Assembly: GCA_964368085.1 (NCBI GenBank) | Contig: CAYJBG010000003.1 | Coordinates: forward strand, 1 to 49,065 | From: an uncultured Acidiferrobacterales bacterium | GTDB taxonomy: Bacteria; Pseudomonadota; Gammaproteobacteria; Acidiferrobacterales; UBA6901 | Length of the DNA stretch: 49,065 bases | Reading direction: 5' to 3' | In this document: one piece after another, positions 27,015-35,347 of the stretch | Layout: each line of letters begins with the position of its first letter | Numbering within the stretch: the first letter of the stretch is position 1 | The notes under the pieces: generated by a model | What the model was told of the DNA's origin: nothing | The model's input: the letters and a program-made list of their open reading frames with translations, nothing else | Databases searched by the model: none | Made by a program: the position numbers and the translations under genes

Positions 27015-27907
27015 CGCTCCGCCTCCTTGAGCCGTGCAATAGTGATATCGAACAGCTTGAACAGATCGTCCGCACCCTCGGTGCCCACGGTATACGGCAG
27101 CACTAGCGCCGGAATCTGCGCGCGTTCGGAAAGCCACGCGTCGGCGCGTCCGTCTTCGTAGGCTGAACGCAGGATCGCGCGCGCTGGTTGTACCTTGAGT
27201 TGCGCGAGCAATTGCGTCAGATGTGCCGCCGTCGGCGGCAACCCCGGCTTGGGTTCGAGCACACCGACCTCTTTCAACCTCAACCACTGCGCGAGGTACA
27301 CCCAGTTGCGGTGGTGATAAACCACCGGCATTCCCCGCAGCCCTGCCGCCTCGCGCTCCCAGCGCGCCAACGCCGCCCGCCAGCGGCGTGCGAAATCGGC
27401 GTGGCGCGCGGCATAGTGCGCGGCATTGGCCGGATCGAGTTGCTTAAGTCGCATGCTGAGTTGCTCGGCGACCGGCAGGATATTGCGCGCATCCAGATGC
27501 AGGTGTGGATTGCCCTCCGGGTGCACATCGCCTTCGGCGCGATCGGCACGCTCGCGGGTTTCGAGACGCACAACGGCGCTTGCCGCCTCGAAGTAACCGG
27601 GCTGGCCCGGCTGAGCCTTGGAGTTACCGGCGGTACGTAGCAGCGGCGGCAGCCAGCCGGCTTCAAGTCCGGCACCGGTGCAGACTAATAGGTCTGCCTG
27701 ACGGGTTTTGGCAATCAGGCTGGGACGCGCCTCGATGTGATGCGGGTCCTGAAGCGCGGTGGTGGCGCTCGCGACACTGACCTGTGCGCCGCCCAACTCC
27801 TGCACCAGCGCCGCCCACTCCGGTTCGCAGGTAAACACCTTGAGTGCCGCCTGCGCCGGCGTTGTGGATAACGCGGCGAGTAAAACCAGAAAAATAATTC
27901 TGTGCAT
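27011..27907 (-). CDS. Metal ABC transporter substrate-binding protein (ZnuA/TroA family)
   Basis: 298 aa. It has a signal peptide (IIFLVLLAALSTTPAQA/A). DPHHIEARPS, GNPHLHLD and YHHRNWVYLAQW are cluster-9 SBP-like motifs. Confidence 0.85.
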   Translation of the reverse strand: MHRIIFLVLLAALSTTPAQAALKVFTCEPEWAALVQELGGAQVSVASATTALQDPHHIEARPSLIAKTRQADLLVCTGAGLEAGWLPPLLRTAGNSKAQPGQPGYFEAASAVVRLETRERADRAEGDVHPEGNPHLHLDARNILPVAEQLSMRLKQLDPANAAHYAARHADFARRWRAALARWEREAAGLRGMPVVYHHRNWVYLAQWLRLKEVGVLEPKPGLPPTAAHLTQLLAQLKVQPARAILRSAYEDGRADAWLSERAQIPALVLPYTVGTEGADDLFKLFDITIARLKEAER

Positions 27908-27917
27908 ATTTGTTTCC

Positions 27918-29117
27918 CTAAAATGAATGCGCACCGTGCGCGCCGAGGCTCATGATGTACTGCACAAACACCTGACTGTCGGCGTCCGGCTGCGAACGGT
28001 CGCGGCTTAGCTGAAGACGCACACGACTGAACTCACTGTGCGACCAGTCGAACATGAGGCTTGCGCGTCGTGGTGTGTGGCCGAGGGTATCGAACAACGC
28101 GGCGTTCACGCCCGCCGCGCTGTCGTGCGTGCGCAACTGGTCGTAGCGCAGGCCCACTCGCCACTGCGGGATGAACTGATAAACCGTCTGCACATACCAG
28201 CCGGACTGCGTGGCCCGGTACGTGTCACTCACCGCCGGACCGAGTATCGCGTTCACGTCGGCGGTGAATCGACCGTCTTCATTGCGCCACAGATGCTCGG
28301 CCTGAATCTTGAGGTTGGTGTACGTCGCGTTGCCGCGCGGCGACCACTTCCACACGACGTCGGCGATGGCCACGCGGCTGTCACCGCTGAAGGCGTCCGG
28401 CGCGGTGTCAATGGCCCCGGACCGACGACCCAGCGCCTGCGCGCGCAGAAACGAGAGTCCGCCGCGCCAGGCGTGGCTGTCGCCGACATCGCCGCCGACA
28501 TGCGCGAAGGCGCTGGCCGCGCCCTGCCCGTTGTTGGCGGCGCCACCGGCCGGATAGTTCTGCCCGCGGAACCACTCGGCGCCGAATTCGACAAACAGAT
28601 CGGCCGGCGCCACCCAGCGCAGCTGCACGCCATCGTCGGCGTAGCGGGTGGCGAGGAATGCGCGATAGGCGAGCGGCGCGTCCGCAAAGTCCCAGGCGTG
28701 TGGATGCTGGGTATTGAGATAGCCAATACCGGAGAAGAAACGCCCAGCGCGCAGCGTGACACCCGGCGCCAAGCCGCGCGTCTCGACCGCGGCCTCCTCG
28801 ACCGAGACGCTGTCGTCCGGCGCGATCGACGCCATGAAATAACCGTAGAACAGGTCATCCACATTGGCGCTCATCACCAGTTCGGATTCAGCCAGCGACA
28901 GACCGCGCGTGCCTGGCCCGGTCTCGGCGCCGAGCATGAAGCCGGGGAGCGCATAGCGGTCCGGATCGTTGGCGAGGCGGGTATGACTTCCGGAAAGAAT
29001 CAGAGAAATATCCGGGTTGAAACTCGCGGCGCGCGTCTTGGCGAGCGCAGACTCTTCAGCCTGCGCCACCGACAGCGATGCCGCGCAACAGAACAGACAG
29101 AACCAGAAACGCATCAT
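27918..29117 (-). CDS. Putative outer-membrane beta-barrel (porin-like) protein
   Basis: 399 aa. It has a signal peptide (FCLFCCAASLSVAQA/EE), an alternating amphipathic beta pattern with many aromatic girdle residues, and a C-terminal ...GAHSF typical of OMP C-termini. I did not recognise a specific family. Confidence 0.6.
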   Translation of the reverse strand: MMRFWFCLFCCAASLSVAQAEESALAKTRAASFNPDISLILSGSHTRLANDPDRYALPGFMLGAETGPGTRGLSLAESELVMSANVDDLFYGYFMASIAPDDSVSVEEAAVETRGLAPGVTLRAGRFFSGIGYLNTQHPHAWDFADAPLAYRAFLATRYADDGVQLRWVAPADLFVEFGAEWFRGQNYPAGGAANNGQGAASAFAHVGGDVGDSHAWRGGLSFLRAQALGRRSGAIDTAPDAFSGDSRVAIADVVWKWSPRGNATYTNLKIQAEHLWRNEDGRFTADVNAILGPAVSDTYRATQSGWYVQTVYQFIPQWRVGLRYDQLRTHDSAAGVNAALFDTLGHTPRRASLMFDWSHSEFSRVRLQLSRDRSQPDADSQVFVQYIMSLGAHGAHSF

Positions 29118-29207
29118 GCACCTCCACGTGTTTCGCTCCGGCGCGCGGAGTGAATGAGTCTTCATTCACTAACGGAAACCAGCGTGCCACGACGGCACGC
29201 ACCGACT

Positions 29208-29507
29208 TCACACGGGGAAGGAACGCGGCGGGGCGCGCGAGAAGTAGGCCGACGGTGGATCGCCGGCGATACAGGTATGGCGGAGAGAAATCGGAAGCAG
29301 CGGCGCCGGTAGCGGTGCCATGACAGCAGCGGTTACCGGCAAGGCGCCGGTCAGCGGCGTATGGGCAAGACACCATTCACAGGCGTGGCTGGACGCATGT
29401 GGCTCGAGGTTCGCGCCATGCTGCACCAGCAACCACTGTGCGAACAGCAGCACACCCGCGAGTGACAGCGCAAGCAGCGGACGTGACAGAAGGCGATGCC
29501 GCAGCAT
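29208..29507 (-). CDS. Small membrane-anchored CxxC protein, DUF2946-like (tentative), 99 aa
   Basis: It has an N-terminal TM/signal anchor (LLSRPLLALSLAGVLLFAQWLL) and then HASSHACEWCLAH. The start was trimmed to the ATG at 29507. The family assignment is from memory only. Confidence 0.4.
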   Translation of the reverse strand: MLRHRLLSRPLLALSLAGVLLFAQWLLVQHGANLEPHASSHACEWCLAHTPLTGALPVTAAVMAPLPAPLLPISLRHTCIAGDPPSAYFSRAPPRSFPV

Positions 29508-29544
29508 GCGGCCGTTATACCCGCTCGCGTTGCGCGCGGCAAGC

Positions 29545-30252
29545 TCAGCGGCGCGGCGCACCCGACCACCAGCGCACACTCGCGCCGAGCGGGGCGCGCC
29601 CGAGGCGCGGCTGCAACCAATAACGCAGCACCACCAGACTGATCGCCACCGCGATGAGCGCGGCGACCAACGCATCGCTTGGGTAGTGTTTGGCAAGCGC
29701 CAGTCGGCTCAGGGCGAGTGCGCCGGCCCAGAGCAGGCACAGGCCAGCGGCCCACGGGTTGCGAAACAGGAGCGCGGCGAACAGCGTGCTGATCACAATG
29801 TCGGCGCTGTGGCCGGAGGGAAACGAGTGATGCGCCGCGTCCCAGCTGAAACCGGCCCACTCGCTGCCGAAGTCCGGCAACGGCGTGGCATCCGGGCGGG
29901 CGCGACCAAACGTCATCTTCAATATGCGCACAATCAACACGCTGCCCAGGAATTGCGCGAGCAGATAACCCTGCGCGAGAAGTTTCAGACCGGGTTCGCG
30001 GCGATACCAGCCCCAGGCGAACAGCGCGAGGAACAGGATATAGAAAGGGTACAGGCCGTAGTTGGTAAACGCGCGCAGGAACGCGTAATGCTCTTGCGTC
30101 CAGGCCGCGCGGTGCACGAGTGCGACACTGCCGCTGTCGCCGTACACCAGCGCGAGCAGCAGACCGAGCACAGCGAGTGTGGCAAATGCGGCCGTCACGA
30201 ACTGCAGGCGGCGGGTGAGCGGTGCGAACTTCGGTTTCGCGCGGCGCGGCAT
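29545..30252 (-). CDS. PAP2-family lipid phosphatase
   Basis: All three acid-phosphatase motifs are present: KMTFGRARP, FPSGHS and SRLALAKHYPSD. The protein is multi-TM. Confidence 0.85.
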   Translation of the reverse strand: MPRRAKPKFAPLTRRLQFVTAAFATLAVLGLLLALVYGDSGSVALVHRAAWTQEHYAFLRAFTNYGLYPFYILFLALFAWGWYRREPGLKLLAQGYLLAQFLGSVLIVRILKMTFGRARPDATPLPDFGSEWAGFSWDAAHHSFPSGHSADIVISTLFAALLFRNPWAAGLCLLWAGALALSRLALAKHYPSDALVAALIAVAISLVVLRYWLQPRLGRAPLGASVRWWSGAPRR

Positions 30253-30312
30253 GGGCGGAAACTATACCACAGGCACTCTTTCCGAATGATGCACTCAGTG
30301 GCAGGCACGGCA

Positions 30313-30545
30313 GCGAAACCGCAAACGGGCCGTCCCTCGGCAACTGCTCCCGGCGTTGCTCTCGACCGCTTGTTCCCGACGCGGTCTACCGCCTCCATCC
30401 CTGGAGGCGTACCTCCTGCATCCATGCAGTCGTGGCCCGCGGCCCTCGAACACGTGCCCCTGACGTCCCGCCTAAAACATCTCCCATCGGCGAAACCGCA
30501 AACGGGCCTTCCCTGGCCCGCGGCCCTCGCCTCGATCCCATCGGC
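30313..30545. repeat. Composite REP/MITE-like repeat region between divergent PAP2 genes
   Basis: Direct repeats: GCGAAACCGCAAACGGGCC at 30313-331 and 30490-508; TGGCCCGCGGCCCTCG at 30433-448 and 30514-529. Hairpins: CCTCCA-tccc-TGGAGG (30392-407) and CTGCAT-cc-ATGCAG (30416-429). Confidence 0.65.
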
Positions 30546-30552
30546 GAATGCT

Positions 30553-31266
30553 ATGATGCCGTTCACGAACACCATCACGGCGCCTTTCATGTCTGCCCTG
30601 CTCCGCCGCCATCTCGATCTGTTGCTGCTTTTCGCTATCGGCGTGCTGCTGGTGGCCTTCCCCCGGATCGATATTGCCTTCGCCGGTCTGTTCTATGACC
30701 CCTTCGACGGCTTTTACTTGCGCGAGAATCCGTTCGTGCGTCTTGTCTTCAATGGCGTGTCGTGGATTACGCGCACCGTGGTCGTGAGTCTCGTGCTGTT
30801 CCTGCTCGCCGCCTGGACGATCCGGAGGCGGCACAGGTTTTTTTCGCGTCAACGGCGCGCCGCGCTTTATCTGTTGCTGGTCATGATCATCGGACCGGGC
30901 CTGCTGGTGAACACGGTATTCAAGGATCAGTGGGGGCGCGCGCGCCCGTCGCAGATCGAGGAATTCGGCGGCACCAAACAATTCACGCGCGCCGCCATCC
31001 CCGCCGACCAGTGCGAAAAAAACTGCTCATTCGTGAGCGGCCATGCCTCGGTGGGCTTCTTCTTTCTGTCATTCTCTTTCGTCTGGCCGCGCCGCCGGGT
31101 TCTCTGGTTTGCCGCAGGCGCCGGCCTTGGGCTCGGCATCGGCCTGGTGCGCATGATGCAGGGCGGGCATTTCATCAGTGACGTGATCTTTTGTGGCATC
31201 GTCGTCTATCTCAGCGCGCGTGGCCTGTACGCGCTGATGTTCGCGCCGGCTGAACCCCGCTCCTGA
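30553..31266 (+). CDS. PAP2-family lipid phosphatase (second copy, divergent)
   Basis: 237 aa from the ATG at 30553, which is only the C-terminal part of the 648-aa track ORF. Motifs are KDQWGRARP, VSGHAS and VRMMQGGHFISD. Confidence 0.85.
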   Translation: MMPFTNTITAPFMSALLRRHLDLLLLFAIGVLLVAFPRIDIAFAGLFYDPFDGFYLRENPFVRLVFNGVSWITRTVVVSLVLFLLAAWTIRRRHRFFSRQRRAALYLLLVMIIGPGLLVNTVFKDQWGRARPSQIEEFGGTKQFTRAAIPADQCEKNCSFVSGHASVGFFFLSFSFVWPRRRVLWFAAGAGLGLGIGLVRMMQGGHFISDVIFCGIVVYLSARGLYALMFAPAEPRS

Positions 31267-31418
31267 TTCGCGTCCATAGACGATTTTATCGGGCGCAAAC
31301 CTCCCACGGTGAAACCCAGCGAAGGGGCTGAACCTCCCCGTTGGAAGCGCAACAGGCATCGCCTGTTATCCCTTGCCCCGGCTTGGCCCACCTTGTTTTC
31401 CCGCTATCATTAGGATGG

Positions 31419-34400
31419 ATGCCCACGCGTCGAACACCCAAACCACGGGCCACGGCCCGGCCCGCGAAACTCTCCCCGCCCCGGCTTGGGGCGATCCAGC
31501 CGCGCCCGCGACTCTTCAAGCTCCTCGACCGGGAACGAAAACACCCCATCGTGTGGATCGAAGCCCCGGCCGGGGCCGGCAAGACCACGCTTGCCGCAAG
31601 TTACCTCATCGCGCGCCGGTTGCGAACACTCTGGTATCAGATCGACACCCGCGACGCCGACCCGGCGGCATTCTTCTATTATCTTCGGCTGGCGGTCCAA
31701 AAGATTTCACCGCGCAAGACCGAGATACTCCCGCTGCTCACGCCGGAGCACTACGCCGGACTTGCGGTGTTTACGCGAAATTTCTTCGAGGAAATCGCGC
31801 GGCGCCTACCGTCGTCCACCGCGATCGTGTTCGACAACTATCAGGACGTTCCAGAGAACGCGCCGCTGCACGCGCTCCTCGCCGAGGCGGTCACAGCACT
31901 CCCACGCGGCATCTCCCTGATCGTGCTGAGCCGCGCCGAGCCACCGCCCGCCTTTGCCCGGCTTCGCGCTCACGGCGAAATCGCGCGGCTCGGCTGGGAC
32001 GAGGTCCGGCTGACGCGCGCCGAACTCGCCGGCTTCGTGCGCGCACACCGTACCCGGCTCTCGAGCGGTGCGCTCAACCGGCTGTACGAGCGCACCGACG
32101 GCTGGGCCGCCGGCGTGCGCGTGGTGCTTGAGAGCGGCAGTGACGCGGAAGCGCGCGCCAGTGAGTCGCTGTTCGACTACTTCGCCGCCGAGATTCTGCG
32201 ACACGCCGAACCGGCGTTGCGTGAATTTCTGTTCTCAACCGCGCTGCTGCCACAGATCACGGTGTCCGCCGCCGAGGCGTTGACCGACAACCACGGCTCC
32301 GCGCGCATCCTCGCCGACCTTACGCGCCGCAATTTCTTCACCGTGCGCCGCACCGGGCCGGAGACGGCGTACGAGTACCACCCGCTGTTTCGAGAATACC
32401 TGCTGCACGCCGCGGCGGCGCACCACGGGCACGAGGCCTGGGTCACACTCAAGCGCCGGACCGCAACGCTCCTCATCGCCGACAATCAGTTCGAGCACGC
32501 CGCGCGACTCATGCACGAGGCGGGTGATACTCCGGGCCTCGCCGAGATCATCGCCGCCCAGGCCACCACGTTCGCCGCCCAGGGGCGGCTTCAGACCCTC
32601 GAATACTGGCTGCGGGCACTGCCGGCCGAAACACTCGAACACTCCGGCTGGCTCAGCTACTGGTTCGGCATCTGTAGGCTGCCGTTCGACTTGATCGAGG
32701 CGCGCGCGCACCTGGAGCGCGCCTACGCCGGGTTCCAGCAGACCGATGATTCGCCCGGGTTATACCTCGCTTGGGCGGGGGTCGTGGAGACGTTCTTCTA
32801 TCAATGGGACGATTACGCGCCGCTCGATCGCTGGCTCGACGAACTTGAGAGACTGCGGCAGACGCATCCGCTGGATCGCTGCGCGCAGGTGCAACCGCGC
32901 GTGGTCTATGCGGCGTTGAGCGCGCTTGGCTTTATTGGCACCGGCCGCCCCGAGCTAAGTGTTTGGGTGCAGGCGGGCGAGACGCTGCTCACGACCTTGC
33001 ACGACCCGAACCTGCGCGTGCTGCTCGCCGCGGCGCTGTGCCTGCACTGCGTGTGGATCGGCGACCTCGAAAAGCTCGACGTAATCGCGACGCAGTTGCG
33101 CACGCAGTTGAAGGGCGCGGAACTCGCACCGGTGGCGCATTTTCACGGCTATTTCGCACTCGCCGAGCACGGCTGGATCACCGGCGACGTCGTGCAAGGC
33201 GAACGCTGGCTGCGCGCGGGCTTCGCCTACGGTGAGCGCCTTGGCATCCGCATGTTCGAGCCGCTGTTGTGCGGGCAGGCGCTGTATCTCTACGAAGTCA
33301 ACGGCGACGAAGATGCCGTGGCCCGCACACTCGAACGCATGCGCCGGGCGCTCGACCCGCGCCGCCGTCTCGATCTCGCACATTACCGTTACCACGCGAC
33401 CTGGCTCGCGCTCGCGCGGGGCGAGGCGCGCCGGGCACGCGACCTCGCCGAGCAATCACTCGCGCTCGCCGAGTTGTTGTTCGCCCGCTTTCCGATCGCG
33501 CTCAACCGCATTCGATTGGCCGAGACGTTGGTGGAGCTCGCGGAATTCGCGGACGCCCACCGGCACCTCGACGCGGCCGGGACAATCGCCGCACGCATGG
33601 GCAGCGAATTGCTTCGATTCATGACTGGACTGGTGCGCGCCTGGGCGTGGCATCGGGCCGGATGTACGGAGGAGGCCGGCCGAACGCTCGCGGCGACCTT
33701 CGCTCTCGGACAACGCCTGGGCTATCGCGCCTACCCGGGCTGGAACGGCAAGATCGTCGCGGCGCTGTGCGCGCAGGCGCTCGCGCGCGGCATCGAACCC
33801 GACTACGCCCGCCGCCTGATTCGCGAACGCGGGCTGGTGCCGCCGGACAATGCCGGCGATATCGACACCTGGCCCTGGCCGGTCAAGGTCTACGCCCTCG
33901 GATGCTTCGACGTGCGCGTTGACGAACGCCCGCTGCCTGCGCGCGGCAAGCAGCAGCGCAAACCGCTCGATCTGGCGAAACTCCTGGTGAGCGCCGGACC
34001 GCGCGGCCTGTCCACGGAACAGGCGATCGAAACGCTGTGGCCGGAGCAGAACCAGGAACGCTCTTATCAATCGTACTCCATGGCGCTGCACCGGCTCCGC
34101 AAGCGGCTGGGTACGGACGAGTGTATCCTCGCCCAGGATGGCCGCGTGCTCCTGAACCCGCGCCGTGTCTGGGTCGATGCCTGGGCCTTTGAGCAGACGT
34201 TCGCGCCGCGCGCCGACACCAGCGCCACCGCGCGGCTCGAGCGCGCAGTAGCGCTCTACAAAGGAGCGTTTCTGGGCGAAGCCACAGCCGAACCCTGGGG
34301 CCTGGCTTATGCCGAGCGGCTTTATAGTAAGTATCTGCGCGCGGTGCTGGAGCTGGGTCAGCACCGGCAGAAGGAAGGCGCCTTCGAGCGCGCCATCGAG

Positions 34401-34601
34401 CTCTACCAGAACGCTCTCGAACACGACGACTTGCAGGAATCCCTCTACCAGCGCCTGCTCGTCTGTTACGGCGAAACCGGTCGCCGCGCCGACGGGCAGC
34501 GCGCCTACGAACGCTGCCGCAAGTGCCTGCAAGAGGCGCTCGGCGTCAGCCCCTCGGCGCAGACCGAAACACTAAGGGCGCGGTTGCTCAAGACGCAGTA
34601 A
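31419..34601 (+). CDS. STAND-type ATPase with helical/TPR-like middle and a C-terminal SARP module (OmpR-type winged helix + BTAD), 1060 aa
   Basis: The N-terminus is MalT-like (LSPPRLGAIQPRPRLFKLL...WIEAPAGAGKTTLAASYL is Walker A, about 31563-31589; AIVFDNYQDV is Walker B-like). A long helical repeat region follows. The C-terminus from about 33880 reads VKVYALGCFDVRVDERPL...KPLDLAKLLV...LSTEQAIETLWP...LHRLRKRLG (wHTH) and then ALYKGAFLGE...YLRAVLELGQ...AIELYQNALEHDDLQESLYQRLLVCY...GRRADGQRAYERCRKCLQEALGVSPSAQTETL (BTAD). Confidence 0.8.
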   Translation: MPTRRTPKPRATARPAKLSPPRLGAIQPRPRLFKLLDRERKHPIVWIEAPAGAGKTTLAASYLIARRLRTLWYQIDTRDADPAAFFYYLRLAVQKISPRKTEILPLLTPEHYAGLAVFTRNFFEEIARRLPSSTAIVFDNYQDVPENAPLHALLAEAVTALPRGISLIVLSRAEPPPAFARLRAHGEIARLGWDEVRLTRAELAGFVRAHRTRLSSGALNRLYERTDGWAAGVRVVLESGSDAEARASESLFDYFAAEILRHAEPALREFLFSTALLPQITVSAAEALTDNHGSARILADLTRRNFFTVRRTGPETAYEYHPLFREYLLHAAAAHHGHEAWVTLKRRTATLLIADNQFEHAARLMHEAGDTPGLAEIIAAQATTFAAQGRLQTLEYWLRALPAETLEHSGWLSYWFGICRLPFDLIEARAHLERAYAGFQQTDDSPGLYLAWAGVVETFFYQWDDYAPLDRWLDELERLRQTHPLDRCAQVQPRVVYAALSALGFIGTGRPELSVWVQAGETLLTTLHDPNLRVLLAAALCLHCVWIGDLEKLDVIATQLRTQLKGAELAPVAHFHGYFALAEHGWITGDVVQGERWLRAGFAYGERLGIRMFEPLLCGQALYLYEVNGDEDAVARTLERMRRALDPRRRLDLAHYRYHATWLALARGEARRARDLAEQSLALAELLFARFPIALNRIRLAETLVELAEFADAHRHLDAAGTIAARMGSELLRFMTGLVRAWAWHRAGCTEEAGRTLAATFALGQRLGYRAYPGWNGKIVAALCAQALARGIEPDYARRLIRERGLVPPDNAGDIDTWPWPVKVYALGCFDVRVDERPLPARGKQQRKPLDLAKLLVSAGPRGLSTEQAIETLWPEQNQERSYQSYSMALHRLRKRLGTDECILAQDGRVLLNPRRVWVDAWAFEQTFAPRADTSATARLERAVALYKGAFLGEATAEPWGLAYAERLYSKYLRAVLELGQHRQKEGAFERAIELYQNALEHDDLQESLYQRLLVCYGETGRRADGQRAYERCRKCLQEALGVSPSAQTETLRARLLKTQ

Positions 34602-34734
34602 TCCGGTTTTTCTTCTTCGATACCCATTGCACCGTTGTTCGCGATAGAACCGGTATTACCCTGGTAAAACACTCCCGGGCGCCTGCCAAAACCGTACTGC
34701 CTTGCCCTCATCCACCGATCCTGCTGCTTGAAAA

Positions 34735-34818
34735 CCCCTCTCCCTGTGGGAGAGGGGCAAGGAGTGACGACTGCATGGATGCAGGAGGTGGAACAACGCA
34801 TGGAGCAGTTGCCGAGGG
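34735..34818. repeat. REP-like element; a shorter, inverted copy of the 30334-30433 element, plus a perfect 10-bp hairpin
   Basis: The hairpin is CCCCTCTCCC-tgt-GGGAGAGGGG (34735-757). ACGACTGCATGGATGCAGGAGGT (34767-789) is the exact reverse complement of 30411-30433. GGAGCAGTTGCCGAGGG (34802-818) is the exact reverse complement of 30334-30350. Confidence 0.7.
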
Positions 34819-34935
34819 CTGGGTTTCGGGTCGTGGTCGGTCATTTTCCAGACCCTCTTTAAAGTCTTTCCCGGCGCAAGCAGCCCTCCCCGAATCGGTG
34901 AGTCATCTGTTAACCCACCACTCTACGCTTGGCGC

Positions 34936-35112
34936 ATGGAGAGTTACGTGCTGCGCATCTACCGCCGCGACGGCGAGGGCCGCCTCACCGGGCTCGTGGA
35001 ACGGGTCGAGACCCAGGAACGCCTTGCCTTTCACAGTGCGCGCGAGTTGTGGTCGATCCTGCACAACCACGCGCTGGCGCGCAAAAAGAGCAGGCGCCGG
35101 AAATCCGCCTGA
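34936..35112 (+). CDS. Small ORF (58 aa) absent from the track: MESYVLRIYRRDGEGRLTGLVERVETQERLAFHSARELWSILHNHALARKKSRRRKSA
   Basis: Hand-translated. Third-codon-position G+C is very high (about 85% by my count), like the real genes here. It falls below the 60-aa track cut-off. No obvious SD. Confidence 0.55.
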   Translation: MESYVLRIYRRDGEGRLTGLVERVETQERLAFHSARELWSILHNHALARKKSRRRKSA

Positions 35113-35347
35113 GCGCATGCCGTGAATCTGGGTGGCGGCGTTGGCTGTAAGCCGCAAGTAAACCCGCGTTGCCCGGGATGCGTCTTGCGACAGGGACACG
35201 CGATGGACGCCATGAATCTTGAATACGACAGTGAAACCGGACCAACAACGAAAACGAACAGGAGACGACTATGCATTGCAGGACTTTGGCGGGACAAAAC
35301 GCGCACGCTGTAGCAGCACGTAAGCGCCGGGACAAGACCGCACCGCA

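Noticed and set aside
30313-30529. Direct repeats considered as a possible CRISPR array
   Set aside because: Each repeat has only two copies. The repeat lengths (16-19 nt) and spacing are irregular, and no cas genes are present. They fit REP/MITE-like elements instead.
29320-30552. N-terminal 411 aa of the 648-aa track ORF 29320..31266
   Set aside because: This part is antisense to the DUF2946-like and PAP2 genes and then runs through the repeat-filled spacer. Only the last 237 aa (from the ATG at 30553) show PAP2 motifs and TM segments.
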